Shown: positions 1 to 8,829 of the stretch, one piece after another | How positions within the stretch are numbered: the first letter of the stretch is position 1 | Layout: each line of letters begins with the position of its first letter | From: an uncultured Haloferula sp. | GTDB lineage: Bacteria > Verrucomicrobiota > Verrucomicrobiia > Verrucomicrobiales > Akkermansiaceae | Length of the DNA stretch: 64,000 nucleotides | Assembly (NCBI GenBank): GCA_965652295.1 | Contig: CBFGTS010000006.1 | Coordinates: 1 to 64,000, forward strand | Direction: 5' to 3' | The notes under the pieces: generated by a model | Seen by the model: only the letters and a program-made list of their open reading frames with translations | Told to the model about the DNA's origin: nothing | Database searches by the model: none | Position numbers and translations under genes: made by a program

Positions 1-1
1 C

Positions 2-163
2 ACCCTCCTCGCCGGCAAGTGCGAAGGCGGTGACTGCGACAAGGACGAAGACACCTTCCTCGCCGGCAAGTGCGAAGGCGGTGACTGCGACAAGGACGAA
101 GACACCCTCCTCGCCGGCAAGTGCGAAGGTGGTGACTGCGACAAGGATGAGGAAACTCTCCTC
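2..163 (+). repeat. 51-bp coding tandem repeat, at least 3 copies
   Basis: The unit ACCCTCCTCGCCGGCAAGTGCGAAGGCGGTGACTGCGACAAGGACGAAGAC starts at 2, 53 and 104. Confidence 0.95.
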
Positions 164-172
164 GTTGCCTGA
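2..172 (+). CDS. 3' end of a Cys/acidic tandem-repeat protein (17-aa repeats), truncated by the window edge
   Basis: Frame 2 reads TLLAGKCEGGDCDKDED-TFLAGKCEGGDCDKDED-TLLAGKCEGGDCDKDEE-TLLVA-stop (TGA 170-172). Differences between repeats are mostly synonymous, and a terminator follows. Confidence 0.8.
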   Translation, partial: TLLAGKCEGGDCDKDEDTFLAGKCEGGDCDKDEDTLLAGKCEGGDCDKDEETLLVA

Positions 173-194
173 TCAGTCCTGCTGCTGAGATTTA

Positions 195-236
195 CACGAA
201 AAGCCGGTGGCCTCACGCCATCGGCTTTTTTCGTGC
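195..236. terminator. Bidirectional intrinsic terminator
   Basis: AAAAGCCGGTGGC-CTCAC-GCCATCGGCTTTTTT lies between convergent genes. Confidence 0.85.
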
Positions 237-292
237 CCCGCCTGACCGCGAAGACAGATCCGGGTCGCACGGGAGTTCCTTCGAAGCCTCCT

Positions 293-1174
293 TCAGCCTT
301 CCCCGCCACAACGCTTCAGCTCTTCCACCAGCACCAGGCAAGGGGCAGTCGGTTCCCGGTGCCAGCCCACCGCCACACAGATCGGTTCGGGCGGCGGCAC
401 AAGCCGGAGTTGATGCAAACCAGGATGAGACCGGCCGGAGCCCGAATCGGCGATAAGAGCGATTCCGATGCCAGCCTCCACCGCCATCGCCAGACTGCTG
501 AAACCATCGAACTCTCCCACCACCCGTGGTGATACGCCATGGTCGGCAAAGAAATCCCCCACCCGTCGCCAATAGTCCGGGTAACCCTCCCGCGCGAACA
601 TCAGAAGATTCTCCGAGGCCAGTTCCGAAGCCGCAACTTCCCGCTTTTCGGCAAGCCGGTGGCCCCGGCCCACCGCCACACTCCATGCCCGGCGCAAGAC
701 GGGCTCCCAGTAAATGCCGCTGCCATCCCTTTCCTCCGGCACGGTCACGATCAGATCCAGCTCTCCCGCCAGCAGGTCCCGCTTCATTTCCGCCGTCGAA
801 AGATCCGACAACTGCACCCGCACCTTGCTGTGCAGCTGCCCGAAGCGCTCCAACGCCGGCCCCAGCAATTCTCCGGCGAGCGAAGGCGCATAGCCAATCC
901 GCAGCATTTCACCGCGCCCCGCCGCCAGCACCTTCTGCCGCACCTGCGCTCCCATCGCCAACCACTTGCGACCGTCCCGCTCCAGCACCCTCCCGGCCGG
1001 AGCCAGCGAAACCGAATGCGCACCCCGCTCGAAAAGCGCCACCCCCAGCTCCTCCTCCAACGCCTTGATCCTCCGGCTCAGAGCCGGTTGCGTGAGCCTC
1101 ATCTTCCTCGCTGCTGCGGTGATCGTCCCTTCCTCCACCACTTTCAGGAAAGCCTGCACACTCTTCGAGTCCAT
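293..1174 (-). CDS. LysR-family transcriptional regulator
   Basis: HTH signature AFLKVVEEGTITAAARKMRLTQPALSRRIKALEEELGVALF plus a substrate-binding domain; start moved to MDSKSV. Confidence 0.95.
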   Translation of the reverse strand: MDSKSVQAFLKVVEEGTITAAARKMRLTQPALSRRIKALEEELGVALFERGAHSVSLAPAGRVLERDGRKWLAMGAQVRQKVLAAGRGEMLRIGYAPSLAGELLGPALERFGQLHSKVRVQLSDLSTAEMKRDLLAGELDLIVTVPEERDGSGIYWEPVLRRAWSVAVGRGHRLAEKREVAASELASENLLMFAREGYPDYWRRVGDFFADHGVSPRVVGEFDGFSSLAMAVEAGIGIALIADSGSGRSHPGLHQLRLVPPPEPICVAVGWHREPTAPCLVLVEELKRCGGEG

Positions 1175-1213
1175 GCTCCAGCCTCGCTGAAGCCGAGCCG
1201 GCCGACAAGCTCC

Positions 1214-1234
1214 AGCATGCACATCATGCATGCT
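1214..1234. promoter_or_regulatory. LysR box (T-N11-A palindrome) between the divergent lysR and pirin genes
   Basis: Perfect inverted repeat AGCATGCA-CATCA-TGCATGCT, with T1218-N11-A1230. Confidence 0.75.
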
Positions 1235-1288
1235 CAGGTCACCAAGCATGCATTGGATGAAGACTCCGGTTTCTGCCAGGGTGATCTC

Positions 1289-2008
1289 ATGAAAACAACC
1301 TCATCCGCCCTCCGGATCCGCCGCTCGAACGAACGCGGACACGCCCGCCACGGCTGGCTCGAAAGCCGCCACACCTTTTCCTTCGCCGACTACTACGATC
1401 CCCAGCACATGGGTTTCCGGTCACTCCGCGTGATCAATGAGGACCGCGTAGCAGCCCACGGCGGCTTTCCCGAGCACCCCCACCGCGACATGGAGATCTT
1501 CTCCTACGTCGTCTCCGGGCAGCTGGCGCATGCCGACAGCATGGGCCACCGCCGCACGCTCCATCCGGGGGAAATCCAGCTCATGTCCGCGGGCGGCGGC
1601 GTCACCCATTCCGAGTTCAATCCCTCCGCCAGCGAACCCGCCCATTTCCTGCAAATCTGGATCCAGCCTCGCGAGAGAGGTCTCTCGCCCCGTTACACCG
1701 AGTGGAAACCCGATCCGGCCCGTGCCGCGGAGCCCAAGGTTCTCGTCATCTCCCCAGATGGCCGCGACGGCTCCGCCGTCATCGCCCAGGACGCCGAGGT
1801 TTACCGCCTCCGTCTCGCGCCCGGAAACACCGTCACCCACACCTTGGCCGAGGACCGCGGACTGTGGCTCCAGATCATCTCCGGTTCGCTCGAAATTGCC
1901 GGCGAAACCCTCGACGCAGGCGACGCCCTCGCCTCCGAGGAGGCCGGCGAGCACCGCTTCACTGCATCTGACGAAAACGTCGAGGCGCTTCTCTTTGACC
2001 TGCGCTGA
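1289..2008 (+). CDS. Pirin-family protein (YhhW-like)
   Basis: Motifs GWLESRHTFSFADYYDP, LRVINEDRV, HPHRDMEI and HSEFN; start at MKTTSS. Confidence 0.95.
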   Translation: MKTTSSALRIRRSNERGHARHGWLESRHTFSFADYYDPQHMGFRSLRVINEDRVAAHGGFPEHPHRDMEIFSYVVSGQLAHADSMGHRRTLHPGEIQLMSAGGGVTHSEFNPSASEPAHFLQIWIQPRERGLSPRYTEWKPDPARAAEPKVLVISPDGRDGSAVIAQDAEVYRLRLAPGNTVTHTLAEDRGLWLQIISGSLEIAGETLDAGDALASEEAGEHRFTASDENVEALLFDLR

Positions 2009-2056
2009 ATCCTCTCCTTCTTCTCCCCACCACCAACCAACCACCGACCCCGTATC

Positions 2057-2689
2057 ATGAAAACCGTTACCGCCACCCTCGCTTCCGCCGCCTTCGCCGC
2101 CTTCGCACTCGTTTCCTGCGAGAACCCGGCCGATCAAACCGCCGACGCCACCGTCAAGGACGCCGCACCCGCAGCCGCCGCCACCGGCACCCGCTACATC
2201 ATCGCCGATGACTCCACCGTGACCTTCGTCGGTTCGAAGGTCACCGGCAGCCACGAAGGAGGCTTCAAGCAACTCGAAGGCTTCTTCACCCTCGGGCCCG
2301 ACGAACAAGTCAACGGCGGCGAGATCGTCATCGACATGAACTCGACCTGGAGTGACGCCGAAAAACTCACCGAACACCTGAAATCCGGAGACTTTTTCCT
2401 TATCGAGAAACACCCGCAGTCGAAATTCACCGTCACCGGCGTCGAGAAGACCGACACCGGTTACCAGGTCTCCGGCAACCTCCTGCTCCGCGGTGTGGAA
2501 AAGAACATCACCTTCCCCGCCACCGCCGCGAAGGATGGCGATGCGGTCAAGGTCCAGGCCGAGTTTGACATCAAACGCAAGGACTGGGGCATCGTCTACG
2601 CCGGCAAGGCCGACGACCTGATCCGCGATGAAGTCATCATCCGCTTCGACCTCACCGCCACCCCCGCTTCCGACCAGCCCGAAGCCTGA
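2057..2689 (+). CDS. YceI-family lipid/polyisoprenoid-binding lipoprotein
   Basis: Lipobox LVSC; motifs VTFVGSKVTGSHEGGF, LTEHLKSGDFF and GNLLLRGVEKNITFP. Confidence 0.9.
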   Translation: MKTVTATLASAAFAAFALVSCENPADQTADATVKDAAPAAAATGTRYIIADDSTVTFVGSKVTGSHEGGFKQLEGFFTLGPDEQVNGGEIVIDMNSTWSDAEKLTEHLKSGDFFLIEKHPQSKFTVTGVEKTDTGYQVSGNLLLRGVEKNITFPATAAKDGDAVKVQAEFDIKRKDWGIVYAGKADDLIRDEVIIRFDLTATPASDQPEA

Positions 2690-2812
2690 CCACGCCAAGG
2701 GGGCTCCCGCCCCCGCGGCTGCACAGGATTCTCGCCGGGAATCCTGTTCAGCCAGGTATTGGCAAAATCCAAAACGCCCGCCTATGCTCCGCCCATCTTC
2801 CTAAGAACCAGC

Positions 2813-3385
2813 ATGGCAAGCCTCCGCTTGATCTCCCTCGGCCTTCTCGTTTCGGCGGTCTTCGCCATGGTTTCGTGTGCCCCCACCGGACCTCTCGCAG
2901 GCCCCGCGCCGAGGGCGGAAGCGGTTCTTTACGAATGGTTCGACGACGGCGGCCCCGGTGAGGTCAAGGTGCGGATCAACCTCACCGAACAGCGCGCCTT
3001 TTACTCCCGCGGCGGTCGGCCCATCGGCTGGAGCTACGTCGCCACCGGAACGGAAGGACACGGCACCCCCGGCGGGAGCTACCGCATCACGGAGAAGATC
3101 GTGGACAAATACTCGAACGCCTACGGCTGGATCGAAGACGAGTTCGGCAACATGGTCGATAACGACGCCAAGCCCTCCGACCCCGTCCCTGCCGGCTGCC
3201 GCTACGTGGCCGCGCCCATGCCCTACTGGATGCGCCTCACCAACTACGGCATCGGCATGCACGCGGGCATCATCCCACAGCCCGGGCAGCCGGCCTCCCA
3301 CGGCTGCATCCGTCTACCCAAACCCTTCGCGCCGGTGCTTTTTGACGCGGTCAAAGTCGGCACGCCGGTCACCATCACTTACTGA
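2813..3385 (+). CDS. L,D-transpeptidase family lipoprotein
   Basis: Catalytic signature GIGMHAG...PASHGCIRL; lipobox MVSC. Confidence 0.9.
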   Translation: MASLRLISLGLLVSAVFAMVSCAPTGPLAGPAPRAEAVLYEWFDDGGPGEVKVRINLTEQRAFYSRGGRPIGWSYVATGTEGHGTPGGSYRITEKIVDKYSNAYGWIEDEFGNMVDNDAKPSDPVPAGCRYVAAPMPYWMRLTNYGIGMHAGIIPQPGQPASHGCIRLPKPFAPVLFDAVKVGTPVTITY

Positions 3386-3438
3386 CCTCGGATCCCTGGG
3401 GTTTTCGTCGTGCCCGGCGGGCGCTAGTGTTCCGTCCC

Positions 3439-5649
3439 ATGCGCGCGTTTCCCGGCCCCTGCCTGCTTTTCCTGCTCGTCGTCGGCTGCGGAAAAGACGA
3501 GCCCGAAACCGCCGCGGCCTCGCCGACCGTCCAGCCGCTCGACCCCACCCGCCTCGCACACTCATCCGAATGCCTCGAATGCCACCGCGAGGCCCACGAA
3601 TCCTGGTCGGGCTCCCACCACGCCCTCGCCCATCGCAACACCGGCACCCCGATGGACGCCGAAGCCTTCGCCGGGCACACCGCGACCCATGGAGAAGCTT
3701 CGTGGCATTTCACCGGAGGGGCCGGAAAACCCGCCATCGCTTGGCAGGATCCGCGTGCCGAGGGAGCTGCGCCGATCGAGGAACATCCGCCGATGGCCAT
3801 CGGCCACACGCCGCTCGTCCAGTACCTGTTGGCCGCCGGCGACGGCCGCTACCAGGTGCCCGACATGGCCTGGGACCCGGCGGAAAAGGAGTGGTTCAGC
3901 ATTTATGGCAATGAAGCCCGCGCCCCCGATGAGTGGGGCCATTGGTCGAACCGCGGCATGAACTGGAACTCCCAGTGCGCCTACTGCCACTTCACCGGGC
4001 TGGAAAAAAACTACGACCCAGCGACCGACACCTACGAAACCGCCTGGGTCGAGCAGGGCGTCGGCTGCGCCCAGTGCCACGGGGAAAGCCCCCACTCTTC
4101 GGACCCGGCCGGCTGCCTCGTGGATCGCAGCAAAAAGTTCACCAAACAGCAATGGACCGAGTCCTGCGCCACCTGCCACGCCCGGCGCGAGGAGTTCGAC
4201 GAGAAGTTCGCCCCCGGCCGGTCGTTTCACGACCACTACGCGCTCGCCCTGCCCGATCAACCCGGCCTGTGGTATCCCGACGGCCAGCAGCTCGACGAGG
4301 TCTACAAATTCACCTCACTCCTGCTCTCCCGCATGGGCCACCAGGGCATCGGCTGCACCGATTGTCACGATCCCCACGCCGCCGAGCCCAAGTTCGGCGA
4401 CGCCACCCTGCGCGCCAACACGCTCTGCATGAGCTGCCACGCCGGCGGGACCGAGGGCGCAACGGTCATCGACGTCGCCAGCCACACCCGTCACCCCGCC
4501 GGCACCGCTGGTTCCAGTTGCGTCGATTGCCACATGCCGAAACGCAGCTACATGGGCCGCGACCCGCGCAGCGACCACCGTTTTCCACGGCCCGATCCCC
4601 TCCTCACCAAGGAACTCGGCACCCCCAACGCCTGCAACGATTGCCACGCCGACCAAGGCCTCGATTGGCAGATCGAGAAAACCCACGAGTGGTATGGCGC
4701 GGACATGAACGCCACCGGCCGCAAGCGCACCCGTGCCATCCACGCCGCCAACGAGCGCCGCCCGGGCGCGCTCGACCTACTGCTGGCTGCCTTCGACGGC
4801 GAGGAGATCGATGCCTGGCAGGCCACCCTGCTGCGTCTCATGGAGCCGTGGGCCGGCGAAAGCCGCGTGGCCCGTGCCACCAACGTGACCCTCCACGAGG
4901 GCGGCCCGCTCGCCCGCACCTCCGCCGCCCTGCTCATCGCCCGCCGCGGCGAGACCGGAGCGCTGCTCGAAAAAGCCCTCATCGATCCCCTCAAGGCCGT
5001 TCGCGCCGAGGCCGCATGGGGGGCCCTGGAGCGACTTCCCGCCGATCATCCTGCCATCAAGGAGATCACCGCCATCGCCCGTCACCAAAGCGATCAACCC
5101 GCCGGTGCCATGCGCATGGCCCGCCTCGCCATCGCCCGCAACCAGCTGGACGAGGCCGAGAGCTGGATGACGAAAGCCGCCAAATGGGACAAAACCTCGC
5201 CCGTTCCCCGCCGTGACCTCGCCGTCTTCCTCAGCGGTCTGGGCCGCAGCGAGGAGGCTCTGGAGTGGATGGAAGAGGCCGCCGGGCGGGCTCCTGAAAA
5301 CGCCGAAATCCAATACCTCTACGGCCTCGCACTGTTCGAGGCGGGCCGCCCTGAGGAGGCGGAAAAGCGTTTTCTCCAGGCCACCCGCATCGCCCCCCGC
5401 TACGCCCGCGCCTGGTACAACCTCGGTCTGCTCTACGCCGGCCAGGAGCGGATTGAGGAAGCCATCCAGGCGCTGCGCGCCGCCGAGGCCGCCGCCCCCA
5501 CCGATCCCGATGCTCCCTATGCTCGGGCCACCCTGCACTACCGCCTCCGCCAAGCGCCGGAGGCCCGGGCAGCCGCCACCGAAGCCCTCCGCCGCGCACC
5601 CGATCACACCCCATCGGCACAACTTTTGCGGGAACTGGAAGGTCGCTGA
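3439..5649 (+). CDS. Octaheme c-type cytochrome lipoprotein with C-terminal HEAT/TPR repeats
   Basis: Eight CxxCH motifs (CLECH, CAYCH, CAQCH, CATCH, CTDCH, CMSCH, CVDCH, CNDCH); TPR motif AWYNLGLLY; lipobox VVGC. Confidence 0.9.
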   Translation: MRAFPGPCLLFLLVVGCGKDEPETAAASPTVQPLDPTRLAHSSECLECHREAHESWSGSHHALAHRNTGTPMDAEAFAGHTATHGEASWHFTGGAGKPAIAWQDPRAEGAAPIEEHPPMAIGHTPLVQYLLAAGDGRYQVPDMAWDPAEKEWFSIYGNEARAPDEWGHWSNRGMNWNSQCAYCHFTGLEKNYDPATDTYETAWVEQGVGCAQCHGESPHSSDPAGCLVDRSKKFTKQQWTESCATCHARREEFDEKFAPGRSFHDHYALALPDQPGLWYPDGQQLDEVYKFTSLLLSRMGHQGIGCTDCHDPHAAEPKFGDATLRANTLCMSCHAGGTEGATVIDVASHTRHPAGTAGSSCVDCHMPKRSYMGRDPRSDHRFPRPDPLLTKELGTPNACNDCHADQGLDWQIEKTHEWYGADMNATGRKRTRAIHAANERRPGALDLLLAAFDGEEIDAWQATLLRLMEPWAGESRVARATNVTLHEGGPLARTSAALLIARRGETGALLEKALIDPLKAVRAEAAWGALERLPADHPAIKEITAIARHQSDQPAGAMRMARLAIARNQLDEAESWMTKAAKWDKTSPVPRRDLAVFLSGLGRSEEALEWMEEAAGRAPENAEIQYLYGLALFEAGRPEEAEKRFLQATRIAPRYARAWYNLGLLYAGQERIEEAIQALRAAEAAAPTDPDAPYARATLHYRLRQAPEARAAATEALRRAPDHTPSAQLLRELEGR

Positions 5650-5684
5650 AACTTTTTGGTGAAAGCTCCGCCCCGCGATTCCCG

Positions 5685-5713
5685 TTGCTATCGGCCCTCG
5701 CCATCCTTAATTT
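5685..5713 (+). promoter_or_regulatory. Sigma70-type promoter of tatA (probably leaderless)
   Basis: TTGCTA-N17-TAATTT, 6 nt before ATG 5720. Confidence 0.55.
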
Positions 5714-5719
5714 CCCGCC

Positions 5720-5971
5720 ATGCAAGCCCCGCTCGCCTTCGGCCTCCCACAAGGCCCTGAATGGATCATCATCTTCGTCGTCGTGCTGCTTCTGTTCGGA
5801 GCGAAGAAGATTCCCGAACTCGCTCGTGGCCTCGGTAAGAGCATGGGTGAATTCAAAAAAGCCCGCGACGAGTTCGAGCGGGAAATCCACAGCGCCGAAG
5901 AGGAAGTCAGCGCCAAAACCGAGGAAAAGAAGGTCAAGGAAGCCGCCGGCACCGAACCTCGCGAGGTGTGA
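5720..5971 (+). CDS. tatA: Twin-arginine translocase TatA/TatE subunit
   Basis: [36 protein letters not shown]. Confidence 0.95.
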   Translation: MQAPLAFGLPQGPEWIIIFVVVLLLFGAKKIPELARGLGKSMGEFKKARDEFEREIHSAEEEVSAKTEEKKVKEAAGTEPREV

Positions 5972-5974
5972 CCG

Positions 5975-7006
5975 ATGAAGATCCCCCTCCCCCGCCCACT
6001 CGCCCCGATCACCCTCGGGGCGTTTTTTTTGGCCCTCGGCCTCAACTCCTGCCGCAAACAGGAAGCCGTCGACTGGCCCGGCCCCGAGCTCAACTCAGCC
6101 GCCACCACCGCGGAGGCCGGGCCCACCCGGCCCGGGCCCGAAGCGAAGCCCTCCGCCGCGGAGAAGAATCCCGACGAGTCATCCGGTGCCACCCGCTTCA
6201 TCGCCTACAACGTGGAGAACTGGCTCACCATGTACCGGAAGACCGGTCATGAACGGAGACAGGAGATCACCAAGCCCGACGAAGAGAAGGCCGCCATCGT
6301 CTCCATCCTTTCCCGCCACAAACCCGATGTTCTGGGCATTTGCGAAATCGGCACCGAGGCCGACCTCGAAGACCTCCAAAAGCGCCTCTCCGCCGCCGGC
6401 CTCAAGCTCCCCCACCGCTACCACACCGGTGGCGGCGACGACGTCCGCCACCTCGCCCTGCTCTCCCGTTTCCCCATCACCGGCACGGTGCCCCATCCCA
6501 ATCTGACCTACCGTCTCCAAGGCCGCGGGTTCGAGATGGGCCGCGGCATCCTCGACGCCACCGTCGAGACCCCCGCCGGTCCCGTGCGCTTCCTCGGCAC
6601 CCACCTCAAATCCAAGCGTGAGGTCCCCGAGGCCGATCAGGAAATGATGCGCCGCGCCGAAGCCCACCTCCTCCGCGGCGAGATCGAGGCCATTCTCCGG
6701 CAGGATCCCCACACCGCCCTCCTCGTCTATGGCGACATGAACGACACCCGCCAATCCTCCACCCTGCGCATCCTCCAGGGTCCGCGAACCGGACCCCTGT
6801 CGATGAAGATGGCGCGTCTCGAGGACTCCCGCGGCACCACCTGGACCCACTTCTGGTCCTACCAGGACGTCTATTCGCGTTTCGACTACGTTCTCTTCAG
6901 CAGCCCCATGACCGATCGCTTCATCTGGGACCGCTGCGCCGTCCTGGATGATCCGGACATTGCCGAAGCCAGCGACCACCGCCCGCTCCGCGTCGAGTTC
7001 CGCTGA
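5975..7006 (+). CDS. Endonuclease/exonuclease/phosphatase-family lipoprotein
   Basis: Motifs AYNVEN, GICE, THLKS, GDMND, FDY and SDHRP; lipobox LNSC. Confidence 0.9.
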   Translation: MKIPLPRPLAPITLGAFFLALGLNSCRKQEAVDWPGPELNSAATTAEAGPTRPGPEAKPSAAEKNPDESSGATRFIAYNVENWLTMYRKTGHERRQEITKPDEEKAAIVSILSRHKPDVLGICEIGTEADLEDLQKRLSAAGLKLPHRYHTGGGDDVRHLALLSRFPITGTVPHPNLTYRLQGRGFEMGRGILDATVETPAGPVRFLGTHLKSKREVPEADQEMMRRAEAHLLRGEIEAILRQDPHTALLVYGDMNDTRQSSTLRILQGPRTGPLSMKMARLEDSRGTTWTHFWSYQDVYSRFDYVLFSSPMTDRFIWDRCAVLDDPDIAEASDHRPLRVEFR

Positions 7007-7134
7007 TCTTCTCATCCTTCGCCCTCAGGAAAGACACCGGCTTCAAGGAAGCGCGCGGCCGCAGCCCGCCTTACTCCTTGGCATCCTCCGCGGCTCTCCG
7101 TTGAAATAGCGGCCGCCCTTACCGGTGCCACCGC

Positions 7135-7809
7135 ATGACCGACAACCCCTACGCCCCACCCACCGCCGCCGTCCCGCCGCCCATGCCGAAGGACGACATC
7201 GGCCGCCAGCTCGCCGGCATCCAGTATCCGCTGACACTGAGCTTCAAGATCCTCGCCCTCGCCAGCCAGGCCACCGTCACCGACGCCAACGGCCGGATCG
7301 TCCTCTACACCAAGCAGAAGCTTTTCAAGTTCCGCGAGCACGTCGAGATCTTCACCGACAAGTCCCGCTCCACCCTCCTCGCCGAGATCAAGGCCAACAA
7401 GGTCATCGACTGGTCCGCCCGCTACCATTCCACCGACGCCCACGGCACCCCCATCGGCTCCGTCGGCCGCCGCGGCTGGCGCTCCATTTGGAAAGCCCAC
7501 TACGAAGCCTTCAATCCCGGCGACGACTCCCCCGACTTCTCCATCCGCGAGGAGAATCCTTGGGCCAAGGTCGTCGATTCCTTCCTCGGTGAAATCCCCA
7601 TCGTCGGCTTCCTGAGCGGCTACCTCTGCCACCCCCGCTACGGCGCGTCCCGTACCAACGGAACCCCCGCCATGCGCCTCACCAAACAACCCGCCTTCTG
7701 GGAAGGCCGCTTCCAGATCGACAAACTCACCGACCTCACCCCGCGTGAAGAGCTGAACCTCTTCCTCAGCTTCCTGATGCTGGTGCTGCTGGAGCGGAAG
7801 AGAGGGTGA
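7135..7809 (+). CDS. Hypothetical protein, LURP-one/scramblase-like beta-barrel
   Basis: Strong codon bias; pattern VTDANGRIVLYTKQKLFKFREHVEIFTD; N-terminal NPYAPP motif. Confidence 0.65.
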   Translation: MTDNPYAPPTAAVPPPMPKDDIGRQLAGIQYPLTLSFKILALASQATVTDANGRIVLYTKQKLFKFREHVEIFTDKSRSTLLAEIKANKVIDWSARYHSTDAHGTPIGSVGRRGWRSIWKAHYEAFNPGDDSPDFSIREENPWAKVVDSFLGEIPIVGFLSGYLCHPRYGASRTNGTPAMRLTKQPAFWEGRFQIDKLTDLTPREELNLFLSFLMLVLLERKRG

Positions 7810-7810
7810 T

Positions 7811-7833
7811 GGACCGCCGATTATGAAATCGGC
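7811..7833. repeat. REP-like palindrome, single copy of the 22067 family
   Basis: GGACCGCCGATTATGAAATCGGC compared with GGAGCGCCGATTGTAAAATCGGC at 22067. Confidence 0.65.
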
Positions 7834-7880
7834 ACCGTCTCAACCCCAGAAGCTCGATCCCCTCCAAAACAGCCCGATCT

Positions 7881-8483
7881 TTACACCCTTCTAATCGTCT
7901 CCGCCACCCGCTGTTTCACATCCGCCCACCCCAGCCCCCGCAGCGAAACCGGATCGGGCTCCGATTCAGCATCGTCGAACCACGCGAGACTCCGAAGGGC
8001 GACAAACCGATCCACGTTCACATACTTGCTCTCGAATGCCTCAAGCATGGATGGAAGATCCAGATAACTCCATAACTCGACGATATCGTAGAAGTCCTTC
8101 TTCGCACCCCGATTGCAGATCGCGTTCAGCTTCATTGCCGCTACGTCTTTGACGGACATCAATACGATCCCTTCTTCCTCCTCGGATGCATCGAGCTGAG
8201 GATAGTCGTGCCGTAGAAAATCCACTTTCGTTGACCGTGCGACCAAACTCAAGGCCCCGCGAGACCGGGCAACTTCGACCGCCGGGACAGGAAACTCCGC
8301 TCCGAGTCGCTCGAAATTCATGAGTTCCGTGGTGAAAAAATCCAGATCGACAGAGAGCCGATGCCCGAATCTCAACGCGAGCGAGGTTCCACCCGCCAAG
8401 GCGAATCCCCTCTCCGCCGCCCAAGGCATGATCTCCTTCAGGAGCTCTCGGACATCGTCGGGAATGGCGTGGAACTGGAGCAT
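7881..8483 (-). CDS. AbiEii/AbiGii-family nucleotidyltransferase toxin (type IV TA)
   Basis: Motifs FALAGGTSLALRFGHRLSVDLDFF and AMKLNAICNRGAKKDFYD. Confidence 0.9.
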   Translation of the reverse strand: MLQFHAIPDDVRELLKEIMPWAAERGFALAGGTSLALRFGHRLSVDLDFFTTELMNFERLGAEFPVPAVEVARSRGALSLVARSTKVDFLRHDYPQLDASEEEEGIVLMSVKDVAAMKLNAICNRGAKKDFYDIVELWSYLDLPSMLEAFESKYVNVDRFVALRSLAWFDDAESEPDPVSLRGLGWADVKQRVAETIRRV

Positions 8484-8722
8484 CGGAAAGCGTCGGCCGG
8501 AAGATCGAACCAAACCTGGCAAAAAGCGAAAGCCTTGGATTGAAGCGTTCGGAGCTGCGTGACGATCTCCCTGAGACGGTTGCGGTCATATCGGCCCATC
8601 AACACCTGCCAATCGGCCCACAAGCCGTATTCCAGAACACGCTTCACCACCCAAGGAGCATGACGGTCGAAGTCGATGCTCTCCCGGTCCACGTCCCAGA
8701 ACAAGTGCTCCGAAAGTTCCAT
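8438..8722 (-). CDS. Putative antitoxin partner (DUF6922-like)
   Basis: LFWDVD...VVKRVLEYG motif; directly upstream of and overlapping the toxin gene. Confidence 0.8.
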   Translation of the reverse strand: MELSEHLFWDVDRESIDFDRHAPWVVKRVLEYGLWADWQVLMGRYDRNRLREIVTQLRTLQSKAFAFCQVWFDLPADAFRCSSSTPFPTMSESS

Positions 8723-8782
8723 GCACTCAGAATGTCACTTGTCCGGGCGCGCGGCAAGGCCTCGGGTCGGTGATGTAAAATT

Positions 8783-8811
8783 ACGCCGCCGCCGTTTTCC
8801 CACGACGGCGT
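8783..8811 (-). terminator. Probable terminator after kdgK
   Basis: Minus-strand stem CGCCGTCGT/ACGGCGGCG followed by AATTTT. Confidence 0.45.
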
Positions 8812-8829
8812 GTGCTGAAATTCCGGCTC

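Noticed and set aside
1..163. 51-bp repeats as a CRISPR array
   Set aside because: The repeats are contiguous with no unique spacers, the length is a multiple of 3, the variation is mostly synonymous, and no cas genes are present.
539..1288. N-terminal extension of the 489-aa pirin ORF
   Set aside because: It is the antisense shadow of lysR; pirin homology begins at ATG 1289.
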